Shown here: piece by piece, positions 49,608-61,876 of the stretch
Layout of the letters: every line of letters begins with the position of its first letter
Numbering within the stretch: position 1 is the stretch's first letter
Assembly: GCA_976226885.1 (NCBI GenBank)
Contig: OZ320314.1
Location: 104,222,001-104,286,000 of the forward strand
Source: Iphione sp. A-MEVVRFRX5
Taxonomy: Eukaryota
Reading direction: 5' to 3'
DNA length: 64,000 nucleotides
The notes under the pieces: model-generated
The model's database searches: none
Told to the model about the DNA's origin: nothing
The model's input: only the letters and a program-made list of their open reading frames with translations
Made by a program: the position numbers and the translations under genes

Positions 49608-52316
49608 TAGGGACATCTGTTCTTCATAAAACACTACACGAAATTGCTAGTCCATAGAGCTGTGTGGTTCTAAGGGGGCAGGTCCCCTGACTGACAGTCA
49701 TTATCTCCATGATGACAGTCATTGTATCCACTGCGCACACACCTTCCCTTGGTGGAAGAAGGGAGCCCCATCAGACATGGCTTCTTCTGGCCTTCTTCCA
49801 TTAAACGGTGGTCATGGGTAATCTGGTCCACGTGGTAAGAAGTGGCAAGACAAGGACATTGAACTGAGTGTAGGAAATGGAGGCTTCCTCACTGGCTTGC
49901 CGCCCTCTTTCCTCCTGGGGCAATGCAGGCACGTGTGATTTACAGCACCATAATTTTAACCATTTGCGCACCAGCCTCACAACTCGGTTGATCGATCGGT
50001 CACCGCGACCACGTTTTACACTGCGCCTTTCATAGGTGACGGCCCTCGATTCTTCAACCCATGAAGAAAAACGCTCCCACAAAGCCACACGATAGGTGAG
50101 AGAGCACGAGGAGTGTATGGTGAAACCGTATGTGTGTGGGGGGGTGGGGGGTGGGGGGTGAGAGGGAGTGGGCGGGTTCGGGTGCTGTGAGAAAACATCG
50201 GCCTCTGGCCGAAAGTAAAGGCTAGAGAGACAACTGAAGCAGAGATTGCGAACATACATTATTGTTTGTGGCGGGTTGTGGGTGGCACGAAGCTTGCAGT
50301 AAGGAAGGGAGGTGCTTGGACGTGGGGGGGAACTGACGAGTCCGACTGTTGGCGCGCCCCCAAGCGTGCCGGGTCAGTTTTACGAGCGTCGCCCCCACCT
50401 GGCGGCCGTTTATCATGTACCCGAGGGCCACGAAAATGGCGACCTGTTTGATTTACATGTTTGGTTAGGTAGGGTAGGAATAGGGGCAACACACAAAAAA
50501 GGCCCGAATCGGGTTGGGTGAGCTTTTCAAGGGGCGCGTGGAGTGAAGTCAGAGGGATTGTACGCTGAAAGATTGGAAGGATTGTGGTGTCGTACACAGG
50601 GTTTTATACTTTATTTTTTCAAATTTATCTTGCGACAAAAGCTCTAGAGGGTATAGCCCCATGGCAGAGAAACCCTCGCCCTTCATAGTGGCTTCTGACA
50701 CCTTACTCCCTGGCTCCCTCCCCAACACGTTTGCCATGAGCATGACAAATAGAAACAGATTCGAGATTGTGACCGCCAACAGCGGCCAGCCTCAAAAGGA
50801 TAGCAATGGGCATCATCTTTCACGAAAACTGGCCTCTTCCTATAAGGTAAAAGGAAGGACGCGGTTTCCTCTGAGAAAGCAAGTGTATACAATCAACGGT
50901 TATTCGTGGGAAGTAGTTGCCTTTATGAATTGCAACAGTATGTTGTTTGTCCTCTCGCCAAAGGAAAAATCTTGATTCCTGTGCTAGGAGCCTGACAGGA
51001 GAGGAATTATAATCTATGTCTGTAGATTTTAACTAACCGAAGCCTCCTTTGTGGGACTTATTAAGGGCAAGAACAAGCTTTCATAAATTTGATACAAATG
51101 ATTTAAAACCATTGAATATTATATTCATTTTTGTATGACAGCACTAAAAATACAGAGGAACCTCATCTTCTGTAACCCCGGTACTCGTATTGTTGCATTA
51201 ACAGTAACGATTTTAAATTACCAATTGTTTTTCTAGATAAATTGTACTAGTTAACCGGAGATTTGCATTCCGTATTCGTACAAAATTTAGGTTCGTTTTA
51301 GAGCATTTAACATAGAGAAACGACCCCCGCATGCAGACAAGGGAAAACAAAGGAAGCCTCAATCATTAGAGTGCATGTAGACACCCCAAAGCGACAATTA
51401 CATAAGAGTTAAAAGCAGGCCAGACCCTCATAAACGTAGAAACACCACAGCACAGAGTGACTAACATAGGTTAAAAGTCAAATACAGACCTGTGAACTGA
51501 TTACATAAGAGTGATACAGTGATACAGTGATACATTGTCCGGAAAATTAGGTTTGACTGTATATTGAAGTTTTTTTTATTTAACTGTAGGTTCTTCTTAT
51601 ATATATTTGCATCACAACTCGTATTTCAGATATTCATCATCATACTCTTACTGCAGCCATCAAGGCAAGGCAACGTAAATTATATGAAATAGGTGGAGAG
51701 GAAACACATGTAGTAAACGACAAACTTAAATCGTGAAGACAAACTCACAACATGTCCCTGCCTTGTAACTTCCTGCTGCTCTCCTATTCTTAGATTAGAT
51801 AGCTAATCCATCCAGAACTTTGGGTGAGATAGCTCCATTACTTTCACACTGCGTCCACAAATAATGTGAGAAGGTGGTGGGCATTTCTATAGGCGCTACT
51901 GGTATCGCTGCATAAGCCATAGGGAGCCAAGCGAGGATATACATGTAAATCTAACAGGCCGCAAGGTTACCTGAAGTGTGAGAACACCCAAGAAAAGTCA
52001 TTTCCGGACAAGACATAACAGAGCGGAAGCGAGGGTATGATTGGAAGTTGACCTGCTAGGTTTCTGCATGCCATCCCATCGGTGCCCTAGTCACAAACAT
52101 AGTCCTTTGGTCAGGTAGGAAAGTACGAACTACTATTAAAACGATCACTTTACCCATGCAACATCATGTCGTATATTCAGATCTTACTATGTCGTTAGAA
52201 CACTGTTGACCATCACTAGATTTCCATAACTACTGGCCTGGTATTTACACTAACTATATAAAACGTTGCCTGACAGTAGTACTGGCCATGGAGAAGAGGT
52301 CTCATGGCTGTGAGAC

Positions 52317-52381
52317 TCTTTCCAACTCTCAAATTTGCCTTCTATCATGTTTCCAACTCTCAAATTTACCTTCTTTCATGT
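52317..52381. repeat. 31-bp tandem duplication
   Basis: TTTCCAACTCTCAAATTT(G/A)CCTTCT(A/T)TCATG occurs twice. Confidence 0.85.
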
Positions 52382-52606
52382 GTTTGTGTTGATAGTTTTT
52401 CAAATCATAGACAATGATATATATTCTCTGTCATAAAATACAAAACAGTGAAAATGAGCAAAAACTGGTGTCATTTTGGACTATTTTGTGTGGGGAGAGA
52501 GACAAAGACAAAGAGAGAGAGAGAGTATCCCTATGCCTGTATAGGGTCACTGTGCCAATTTGTAAACAAAGGTGCATGAGCACACACACATACCCACAAA
52601 CACTCT

Positions 52607-52610
<4 letters not shown>

Positions 52611-52650
<40 letters not shown>
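52611..52650. repeat. (CT)n microsatellite
   Basis: Read directly. Confidence 0.95.
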
Positions 52651-52654
<4 letters not shown>

Positions 52655-53487
52655 GATATTGTTGCCACTAATCGACAGGTTTATATCTCTACCCAAAAAA
52701 GATGGTTTATACACAGGTCCATGCTATGGGACATATGGACTTAGTGGCGGGACATATCTACTAAGCAGCAAGACAACCGAAAGCACTAATATTCTTTTAA
52801 ACTGAAATGATAGAGACCCATTTTCTTTCACAAATATGCACTGAATGCGGATTGTTTGCCTGAGCATAATTATTATGTTGGTCTACCAATTTTATATCCA
52901 TTGCCTCAGCGTATCAGCATTTTATATACAGTATTATGATCTAAAGTGGTTTCATTTACATTAGAACACTATACATTAACAATGATAAAAACTACACGGC
53001 ACAAATGCTAACAACATGACAGAATGCCTTCCATGAAGTTTTACTGGTACAAATAAATGCTTTCTTGCTCTGTACGAATGTGATTTTGTGAAGCAGGGGC
53101 AATCTGGTGGAGTAATTTCTAACTTAATGGACGGCTTCAGAGAAATATTGTTCTAGATTGACCCATCACTTTAACCTTCTAGTTGGGTCTCAAACTGCCA
53201 TTGCTTTAAACAATCACGCGCATATGTATCGGAAATTCATTACAGATCTGTTGCTTTCCGAATCCCAACCCTACATTGGCTAACCAAAATGATCAGAATC
53301 GGACAATGTCGTCCTTGTGTGACGAGGAATGCATCAGGGCAGGGGCGCCTGTCTGTCCTGGCGCTTCGTACAATCTTTTGCATCTAGATTAGAGAATGAA
53401 ACGGCAAGGCCCTTGTGTCAGTTTGCTGGAAAGTGCTTCCGTCAATTTGCTCGGTGGAATGAGGGTGTTTGGCGAATGGGGAAGTGT

Positions 53488-53523
53488 GGGGTGGTTGGTT
53501 GGTGGGTGGGTGGGTGGGTGGGT
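53488..53523. repeat. (GGTT/GGTG)n simple repeat
   Basis: Read directly. Confidence 0.85.
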
Positions 53524-54262
53524 TGAGAGGGATGGGACAGGTAGCACTAAGAGATGGCGAGCACGCCCTGGAGGCGCCGGAGGGGACCTGGCCGCCACTT
53601 GTAAAGCCTTGTCCCCGGGGGACGTGGTCCGAGTGGGCTGGTGGACGGCCTACCACCACCACCACCAACCCCCCAAGCAACGACACCAACGTCAGGGAGT
53701 AGCCCCCCGCGGGCAACCAGCGAAGCAACATCAAAATGGCATCCCATCAGTCGGCGGTCGTGCGCACAACACTCTCTAAATTAATCAGGTGGCATCTTGT
53801 ACGGATGGCCTTCCTCGCGGATCAGATTAAATGTTCCAACTGGCCGGCCATAGATCAGATTTTACTGAGTGGACTTGACACCGGATTAACCCGTTGTGGC
53901 CGGCGGTCCGGTTGGAGGCCAAAAGAGGACTTAGGGGCGTTACAAACGTTGTTCTTCTAACCGCTAGCGGGTGGCATCAGGGGGCACCACCAGTTGCAGT
54001 GCCGGCCCCGGCCCCCTCCAATCACCCGAGTCTTGAGTCGCGCTTTCTAGTCGTTTTGAACTGTCGATACATTTACTCTGCTGAACTTGGATCGATGCGA
54101 AAACAATCCAGAAAAATCTTCCCCATACGGTGTCTTATGCGATCTTTTTGCCTTTCCTTACGTTTCTTGAATGCATATATACTTTGCGACACTATATATG
54201 ACGGGTAGTAAACATTTTAATCTAAAATTCAATATGATAACAAAGATATGGAGTAAGAAGAT

Positions 54263-54291
54263 GAAGAAGAAGAAGAAGAAGAAGAAGAAGA
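54263..54291. repeat. (GAA)n microsatellite
   Basis: Read directly. Confidence 0.95.
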
Positions 54292-56656
54292 AAAAGAATG
54301 GAAAGAAGAAGATAACAAACAATAAAAAATGAGACAGGGAATCTTTCTCTTCGGCAGAGTGACATCTTGTTGGCGTTTACGGCAATTTTGCAAAATCAGC
54401 CGGATCTTCTTAACAAACCGTCTTTTCTCTTTCAGATCAGTCGGTTCGGGGTTAAGCTACACGCATTATGTCAGCTGGAACGTGCCCAAACTTCAAAGTA
54501 GTGTTTATCGTTGCCCTTTCTGTCATGCAAGCTGATGGTCAGCGATAAGGTCCTTGACCTCTGAACCCTCTCCATACTCCACGTATTGGTCGCTTCTGGT
54601 TTGCTCACCAACTGGCGCCCTGTGAGCCCAGGCCAAGGCAAACGCAGCTGATGACCAATCAAACGGTTGATACATGACCTTAGGTACAAGTCGCTTCACG
54701 CAGCATCTCCTCAGACAGAAGATGGGACGTTTGTATGCAGATGGATGACTGACGCCAGAGATCAAAGAACCAAAGTTACTTTTCCATACTGAGGGGGAAT
54801 AGGTGTTGTTGTCCTCCCCTGTAGCCAAGCTTGCGCAAGAGCCAGAAGCCCCCCAACGTTTGGGACCTGCGTCAGAAAGGACGTAGACTGCTGTTTGAGA
54901 ACAACAGGGGCCTTCGTAGTGGCTAGGCGCAAAGAATGTGTAAGGCTGAGAAATGTCACTGGGAACGAGAGGACTGCTACTAAACCGTTATATACCCAAA
55001 ACCTAATTTGAAATGCGATTTACTGCCCCACTTGTCAGTATACGTTTAAAGTGCAAATTTCCATTTACAAGCGTCTATTTATTATTCTTCATTGGCATGT
55101 TGGACAGTATTAGTATAATTCAGCAGCATATGATCCTTTTCCTACTTTTACTCAGGAATCTTTTGGACAAATAATGTAATCTGCAATGGGCGTAAGGCTC
55201 CTTTTGCATGTGTACGATATTCATGCTAACGGTGAGAATGGTTGCACACTGATAATAAACTATCACCTCCACCGCCATCCCTTCTCTCTCCTAACATTTG
55301 TGAGTGGGACAACAATCAGTCCAGGACAGGTATTCATGCAATAGGTACGTGAAAGTATATATTTCACCAACACTACATATGACATAGACATCTGGAGGTC
55401 AATTTGTCATGCAACCCCCCCACCCAAAATAGCTCAAAACCGTAGTGTAAATGTACTTGGCAAAACGTTCTCCAATGGCTTTCTTAAAATATACCAGAGA
55501 GAATAAGTCACAACCGAGTTCGACTCGCAAAGAAAACACTCAAAGAATGTGAATCTGAACTCCATGAGACCAACGGGCCTTCCTCAATAGTCATTTGTAT
55601 CCGTTTTGCCCCACTTTTGGTGAGGTCTGCCCTCTCCCCGCATAGAAACGATAGCATTTCTGTTTTTGTCAGTCTGCTGTCATCAAACTTTATTTGACAA
55701 TTGTACTTTGCTGATAAGAAGGATAGCATTTACAGAAGTCAATTCTATCAGTTATCAGGGACCAGCTGGTACACCGAAGCGATACTCAAAATAATGCTTC
55801 CAATATACATGTAATATACTTTCCAATTTGGATAAATCGAAAATAACTGGGCCTTCATACGCACAAATGTTTGCTTACTGTCTATTAGGCAACAGATCTG
55901 CTTTTCATGAAAGAATATAGCAAGAGGATATGTTTAATTTAAATTCCCCATAATGGAAAAGAATAATATCACCTAAGATATCGTATTATTTACACAACAA
56001 GCCAATCGCTTCTCTAGGACCTCACAGCTCGGCTATGACTATGACTTGAATCAACATCAGATCCCCAATACCCAAACATGAAACATGTACAGGTGGGGTG
56101 ATGCCTGTGTGAATGAGTGAGTGAGTGTGTGTGTGTGTGCGTGTGTGTGAAAGGAGAGGGCTATGGGGTTGAGGCATTACCGCAGCCCTCAATCTAATCT
56201 ACTTTCGATAAATTTCTAAAGCATCCAAATTCTAGAGCTTGAACAATGCAACTTGTGTTATATCTCTTCCTCACACCTTACACCATGGTCACGTATCTAA
56301 ATATACTTGCATGTGTATCCGACAATTCGTAGGGTTGTTGTTGAATGATCGGACATTACCCAACTTCCCTTGTCTTTGAGTGCTGGAGTTGCTGAAACAG
56401 TTGCTAGAGACATACCATTGGTGAACAGTGAAAAGCTGTCTACGGTTAGGATATGCACAATGGTTTTAGTAGCCTTGCCGTCAAATGCATATGAAGTCTG
56501 ATACTGTCCAAGCACCCTATCAATGATTCAATAATGGCGTAGATATACCTCTCACAATGAAGAAGATGTGTGCCATAACGTCACATCACTGGTGTAACCT
56601 TTTCTAATGACAGCTTAAGACACGTATAGCGGTATTCAGATGCGGAGACTGACGTA

Positions 56657-56809
56657 CAGTAGAACCTATGAACTGGGGACACCAAATACAGGGCACACAT
56701 CAAGACTGGGGACATTGTTGGCTGGAACAGCCTCTTATATGGGGACAACCTCTAAATGGGGACATTTCCATTCGAAACCAAGGATGTCCCCAGTTTTGAG
56801 GTTCTATTG
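56657..56809. mobile_element. 153-bp TA-flanked MITE (Tigger-like)
   Basis: TA|CAGTAGAACCT ... AGGTTCTATTG|TA. The internal motif TGGGGACA is repeated several times. Confidence 0.85.
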
Positions 56810-57784
56810 TATTTGCATACTGGAATCCGTTTACTGGATTTTACTGCTTAGTTACATTGGTGTTTCTAATATATTGATATTCCGCACTGGTCCATTGTTG
56901 TCTGTATTGCTGATACTGCCCACACTGTAATCTGTAAAAATCGTCTTCTGCTTCGAGGTTCCATGAAGAGAGCCATACTTGTAGTCATCATTTGGAGTGC
57001 TGTGACTACACTCACTAATGTTAGCTTTAGACGCTTGCTACGTATGAGTTTTTAAGTGTGCGTATGTCACTGTGTTTAGTTTGGTGGTAATACGCTTCCG
57101 TAGGACAAGGATGTCGAGGTATTCGTAAGCTCAATACCCACAGTAGTGGTAACAGCCAAGTGTCTAGAAATGAAGTTTGTTTTGTTGTAATTGAATAAGC
57201 GTGCGGTCCCTGACAAGAGCTCCTATCTCCTCAAGGAATCGACATGTTTATACGCAGCAGTAAATTTAAATTTGGTGGCTAGGGGATACATAAATTGAGG
57301 GTAAAAAGAAGCAGGCAGGATGAAGGATAAGATGGCAGGATACCTTTAGAGATAGATGTATTTTCAGATACACGTGTGTCTATATATATACAGATAAATA
57401 AAAAACATAAAGAATATACGGCCCAATCGGTTTCATGAATATCACATATCTCCCCCAAAGTCTTCATCTTCCATTGTTCTCTCCTTCGTGCTGCCTGTAT
57501 ATCACTATAAAATTGAATTTCTATTTTGTACGAGTCTTGTCTGAAGGACACTGCAATGTCTGTCTGAGTGCGTGCCAGTCCATATGTCTAGATTCACATG
57601 ATATATGTGCCTGAATCTACACGATAGCGCTCTTTTTTTCTTGCCCAGCCTTCTAGTTGGTGCTTGGGCGTAAGGTTGGGTGTGGCTCAGTGCATGTGTG
57701 CGTATGTCTATATGATTGTATGGTTGTACATCAGTATGTGCGTATTGGCGGTACAGACTACCTAGCCCTCTACCGAACCAGACA

Positions 57785-57865
57785 TTCTTCCGCCCAATGA
57801 CACGCTTACCCCATCTCGGCACGTCAGAACCACTCCGATGAGACCCCCAGCGCATGCGTGAATGA
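57785..57865. promoter_or_regulatory. Candidate promoter-like motif cluster (GC box overlapping CCAAT, CRE-like, NRF1-like)
   Basis: CCGCCCAAT 57790-57798, CACGTCA near 57820 and GCGCATGCGT 57850-57859, within a CpG-rich patch. Confidence 0.3.
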
Positions 57866-60800
57866 GATCTGTCACCGGCAGCGAGCGGCTCATCCCCCGC
57901 TACCAAGATGTCACCCCGAGAGCTGCTCGTGCATCCGACACTTTAATAGCGAGCTGCTCTGCCTGCTCCCCGAGCCCCGCCCGGGGTGCTGTCTCTCCAT
58001 TTAACCCGGCATGGGGCTAGCTACCCAGTTCCCAGCGCACAACCAGGGCTTCCCAGCCGGTGGGATAGTCTCTCAGCCTAAGTCCACTTACAACTTTCTA
58101 AAAGAGCGGGATCAGGAAAAAATGCCCGAAACTCGGCTGACATTCAATAGGTCTGAAACTACTTTATTCTTCAAAGCGTCTTTCATGCTGCCAATCTACA
58201 CAAGTTATGCACTTTGTTGAAAATGGAGTGAGTTTCCCTCTGGGTGTCAAGCAAACTATATTTTTATTGTTCAATCAAAGCTCAACAGGAAACAGCAGAG
58301 CTGTTTTTAGTATCGACGCGAATAATAAAATATATATATACATATCCAATTCTCCGTATAGACTGTCACTTTTATATCCGGGTTTGCTCACATTGTATTC
58401 GCTTCAAAGGATCCTTGCCCGAACTAGTTACATAGGCCAGGTTGCAAACCTCCTGATACTTGACACAACGATGCAAGGGGCAGCAGGAAAATACATATAT
58501 CAGTTGGATCTGAACAGGGCGCAAAATAAAATGCATCGCAGCGAGAGAAAGACGACTAGCAGAGTCCTCTCACCTTTCTATTGAAAAGATCAAGACTTCA
58601 AAAGCAATTGCTGCACCAGGTAAAAAAGAGACACGGCAAGAAGGCACTACACAAAAGGGAATGTCATTTGAATGTAACCTTCAAGGAGGGTGTCTTCAAA
58701 GATGGGTAGGGTCTTCCCCTTATGAAAAGGAGGAACTTCATCAAACAGAATAGGTGAAACTCCCTATCGAAGAAATAGTTCATACGTGAAGGATGGATTT
58801 ATCACCTGGCTCTAACAGATTTGCCTCGGCCATACCAGTACTCTTCACAAACACTTTAGTATGATTTCTACCTTTGAAAAAGGGATTTTATGGAGCATTT
58901 GTTTCGGGCAGAATGGATACTATCCGAGCGTCCCTACTTTGCATCTACTTTCAGGCAACGTTTTATATAGCTAGTACAGTCACTTAACTTTTACTTCAAT
59001 ACTTGCTGAAAATATTCCATATTACTCGAGTTTTCATTCCGAAGTCACAAGTGCATTCAGCATATTGCATTCTCTTATACTACTCTTTGCGGTGCTCCTT
59101 CTGCCATCATTGGGAACGTCTCCAATCTCGTAACCTGCCTAATCCCCAGCGAAAAATACGCAACGTAAGAAAAAGAAGCATGAAAAGGTTTCTTTCTCAA
59201 GACTGTAAAGAATTAATACATAATGTAGTTCCATATAAAATGCAGATATGTATCATGCCCTAGACACCGAACAAATCTCTTTTAGTTGAATAGTAATGGG
59301 ATATTTAAGTGATCTTTTATGTTCCTCTGTAACATTACAATATTTACATTGAGGAAAAAAAGAGGCCTGACATTCTTCCGGATAGGTTATCCATATCAGC
59401 TGTTTTGCAAATTCAGTCGCAGGTTATCTTAGATAAATCACATATTGTTTTATCGATAAATACTACTACTTCTTTAGATAGTCAATATTAAACACTCCTC
59501 TGAAATGAACCTACTTTCTCATGATTGATAATATACATCCAGTAGGCACTACTGGGGGGGGGGGGACTTTCAGACACTAAGTTTTTGTTTTTTTTCTGCC
59601 TTTTGATACGTGATTGGCCGAGTGTCGTCCTATAGTCATTACCCTTTTATTTTCTTTATTATTTTTGACATATTTTGATATACATAGATTACTCTTCATC
59701 TCTTTCATAACTTCTATTGTGTTGTATGCACCTGATAAACGGAATATTGGACAGTTTTTCTGCGTAAGAACCGTTCAGCTAGGCTTCAAATAATGCCTCG
59801 AAATACTTTTCTCAATGTAAGTTCCATTTCAACAACTTCCTGAAGTAAATGTCTTATATTAATATGTATAAATTTCATTAATCTCTTTTCATATACCTGT
59901 ATTCATTTCCATCGGGTCATGCATAGATTTCATTCAGTTACTACTTCTGGTCATGCGAGTTGAGCCATTTTAACTAGAATCTTGGGAACTATGCCGATTT
60001 GCCCTGTTCTTGCTTCTTAACTTTCTTACCATTGACAAATTGGGGTCAGTTATTTCGGATAACGTGACCTACGGAGAGGCAGGTGCAAACAAAATGAAAA
60101 AAAAAGATAATTGCATAAAATATAATGAACATGTGTGCAATCATTGAATTTCATGATTGTTTGGTGAAATTTCTGAGATGTATGGCTTTGTAACTAACGG
60201 TGTTCCAATAAAGATATACCGGAACATTATTTTGACAAATGTGCTCTAGTATGGGAATGAGTACATGTATTATGTAAGCATACTGCAGAAGGTGTTATGA
60301 AACATTGGTACAAGTCAGTAAACAAACGCAAGATGAAACACAAAAACATCATTTATTGTGTACTAGCCACTGAGGCAAAAGTGTGTAAAAGGCAAAAAGG
60401 CCTGAATAAAGGGGAAGAACTTAATCCTTAACCTGACACCGCAATTCAATTCAATTCAAATATATCAAACTAATGTATATTGCCTTCGTGATTTGTTGTA
60501 ATAAATGCTTCCTTTTAGTTACCAATGACAACACTTCAAATCAGAGTGAAGTACAGGACTGATCAATGTTCCTAAGGCACCTCTTTTCATACCAAAAAGA
60601 GGCCAGTTGACTTATACAGCAGTAGCCAATTAGGTTGGGTCATAGAATAAAAGAAACATCTCTTTACAACCGGCAGTTGTTATGGAACATTTTTAGCAAG
60701 TAGGATAGATAATCAGGATAAAAAGGTTACAACATGGCTCTCACAGCTTTAGTGCCACAAGCCATACCCCCTCGCCTTCATCCGATCATTGTATATGTAA

Positions 60801-61003
60801 ACATTTTCAATAAAGATCACCCATAAATCATCGACACATATCTTTGCATATTCAGCACAGTATATAGACAGATCAGAACTGAAAGTATGTTTGTATCCAA
60901 TCTCCCAGTGTAAATAAAGTCCTTAAAAATACAAACAGTCACAGCAGAGTAGACTTAGTACACTGTATTAAAACTGGATCAGGTGATTCTGTGGTGCCAC
61001 ATA

Positions 61004-61876
61004 CAGTTGAATCTCTATTTCCGATCAGTGGTCTGGTCCAAGCTCAAATGGTCGGAATAGCAAGTTTCGTCGGAAACCGACTTTGTTGGGGGTCTGGTCC
61101 AAATAGTCGGATTTGAAGGATAAAAGTCCCAAAGTGCTGAATTTGATGAGTAAGAGTCAAAAAAGTGCTGAATTTGAAGTTTTAAGTCCAAAAGGTGCTG
61201 AATTTGACAAGTTAGAGTCCGAAAAGTGCTGAATTTGAGAGTAAAACTTGTTACCCTGGCTGTCAGGTACATCAGAGAGGTCCCTGTTGATGCTCCCGAT
61301 CTCTCCCGACCACTCATTCACCTGTTACCCTGGCTGTGAGAGACATCAGAGAGGTCGCCATTGATGCCCCCGGTCTCTCCCAACCACTCTTTCAACCATT
61401 ATCCTAGGTGTGAGAGACATCAGAGGGGTCGCTGTTGACGCCCCCTAGTCTTTTCTGAGTGAATTTCGGCGGGTATAGACAGAGAATCAGCAGGTTTAGA
61501 CTGCGAATTGGTGTGTTTAGACCCCTGGTCTCTCCCAACCAGCCCCTCCAGGCTGCGAGAGACATCAGAGAGGTCGCCATTGATGCGAATTTTTCAATGA
61601 ATAGCTTAACCTTTTGATTTATAAGGAGCTGGTGGGAGAGTGGGGAACAGCAGCCAACACTTGGGGGGATGTGCAAGCTCTTTAATGAGTAGCTATACCT
61701 TTGAGACCCTTAGCTGCTTGGTCATATGCTGAGAATGGTCAGAAATCAATTCTGTCAGTAATCAATAACCAAGCATATAGGTTATGTATGGAGAAAATGT
61801 TGGTTCTCAGCTCAACTGGTCACAATAGCTGATTTGGTCAGTAATCGACGCGGTCGGTATAATAGAGACTGGAGTG
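61004..61876. mobile_element. TA-flanked MITE (pogo/Tigger-like) carrying the 31-bp minisatellite
   Basis: TA|CAGTTGAATCTCTATTTCCGA ... TCGGTATAATAGAGACTGGAGTG|TA (imperfect TIR). Internal 30-31-bp array, and repeats shared with 36481-36680. Confidence 0.7.
61126..61246. repeat. 30-31-bp minisatellite, about 4 units
   Basis: Unit GTCC(A/C/G)AAAGTGCTGAATTTGA....TA(A/G)A, the same family as 10260 and 36376. Confidence 0.9.

Noticed and set aside
58680-58950. LPIEEIVHT*RMDLSPGSNRF, resembling the L1/Tx1 pre-RT motif
   Set aside because: Isolated weak similarity with no subsequent RT motifs.
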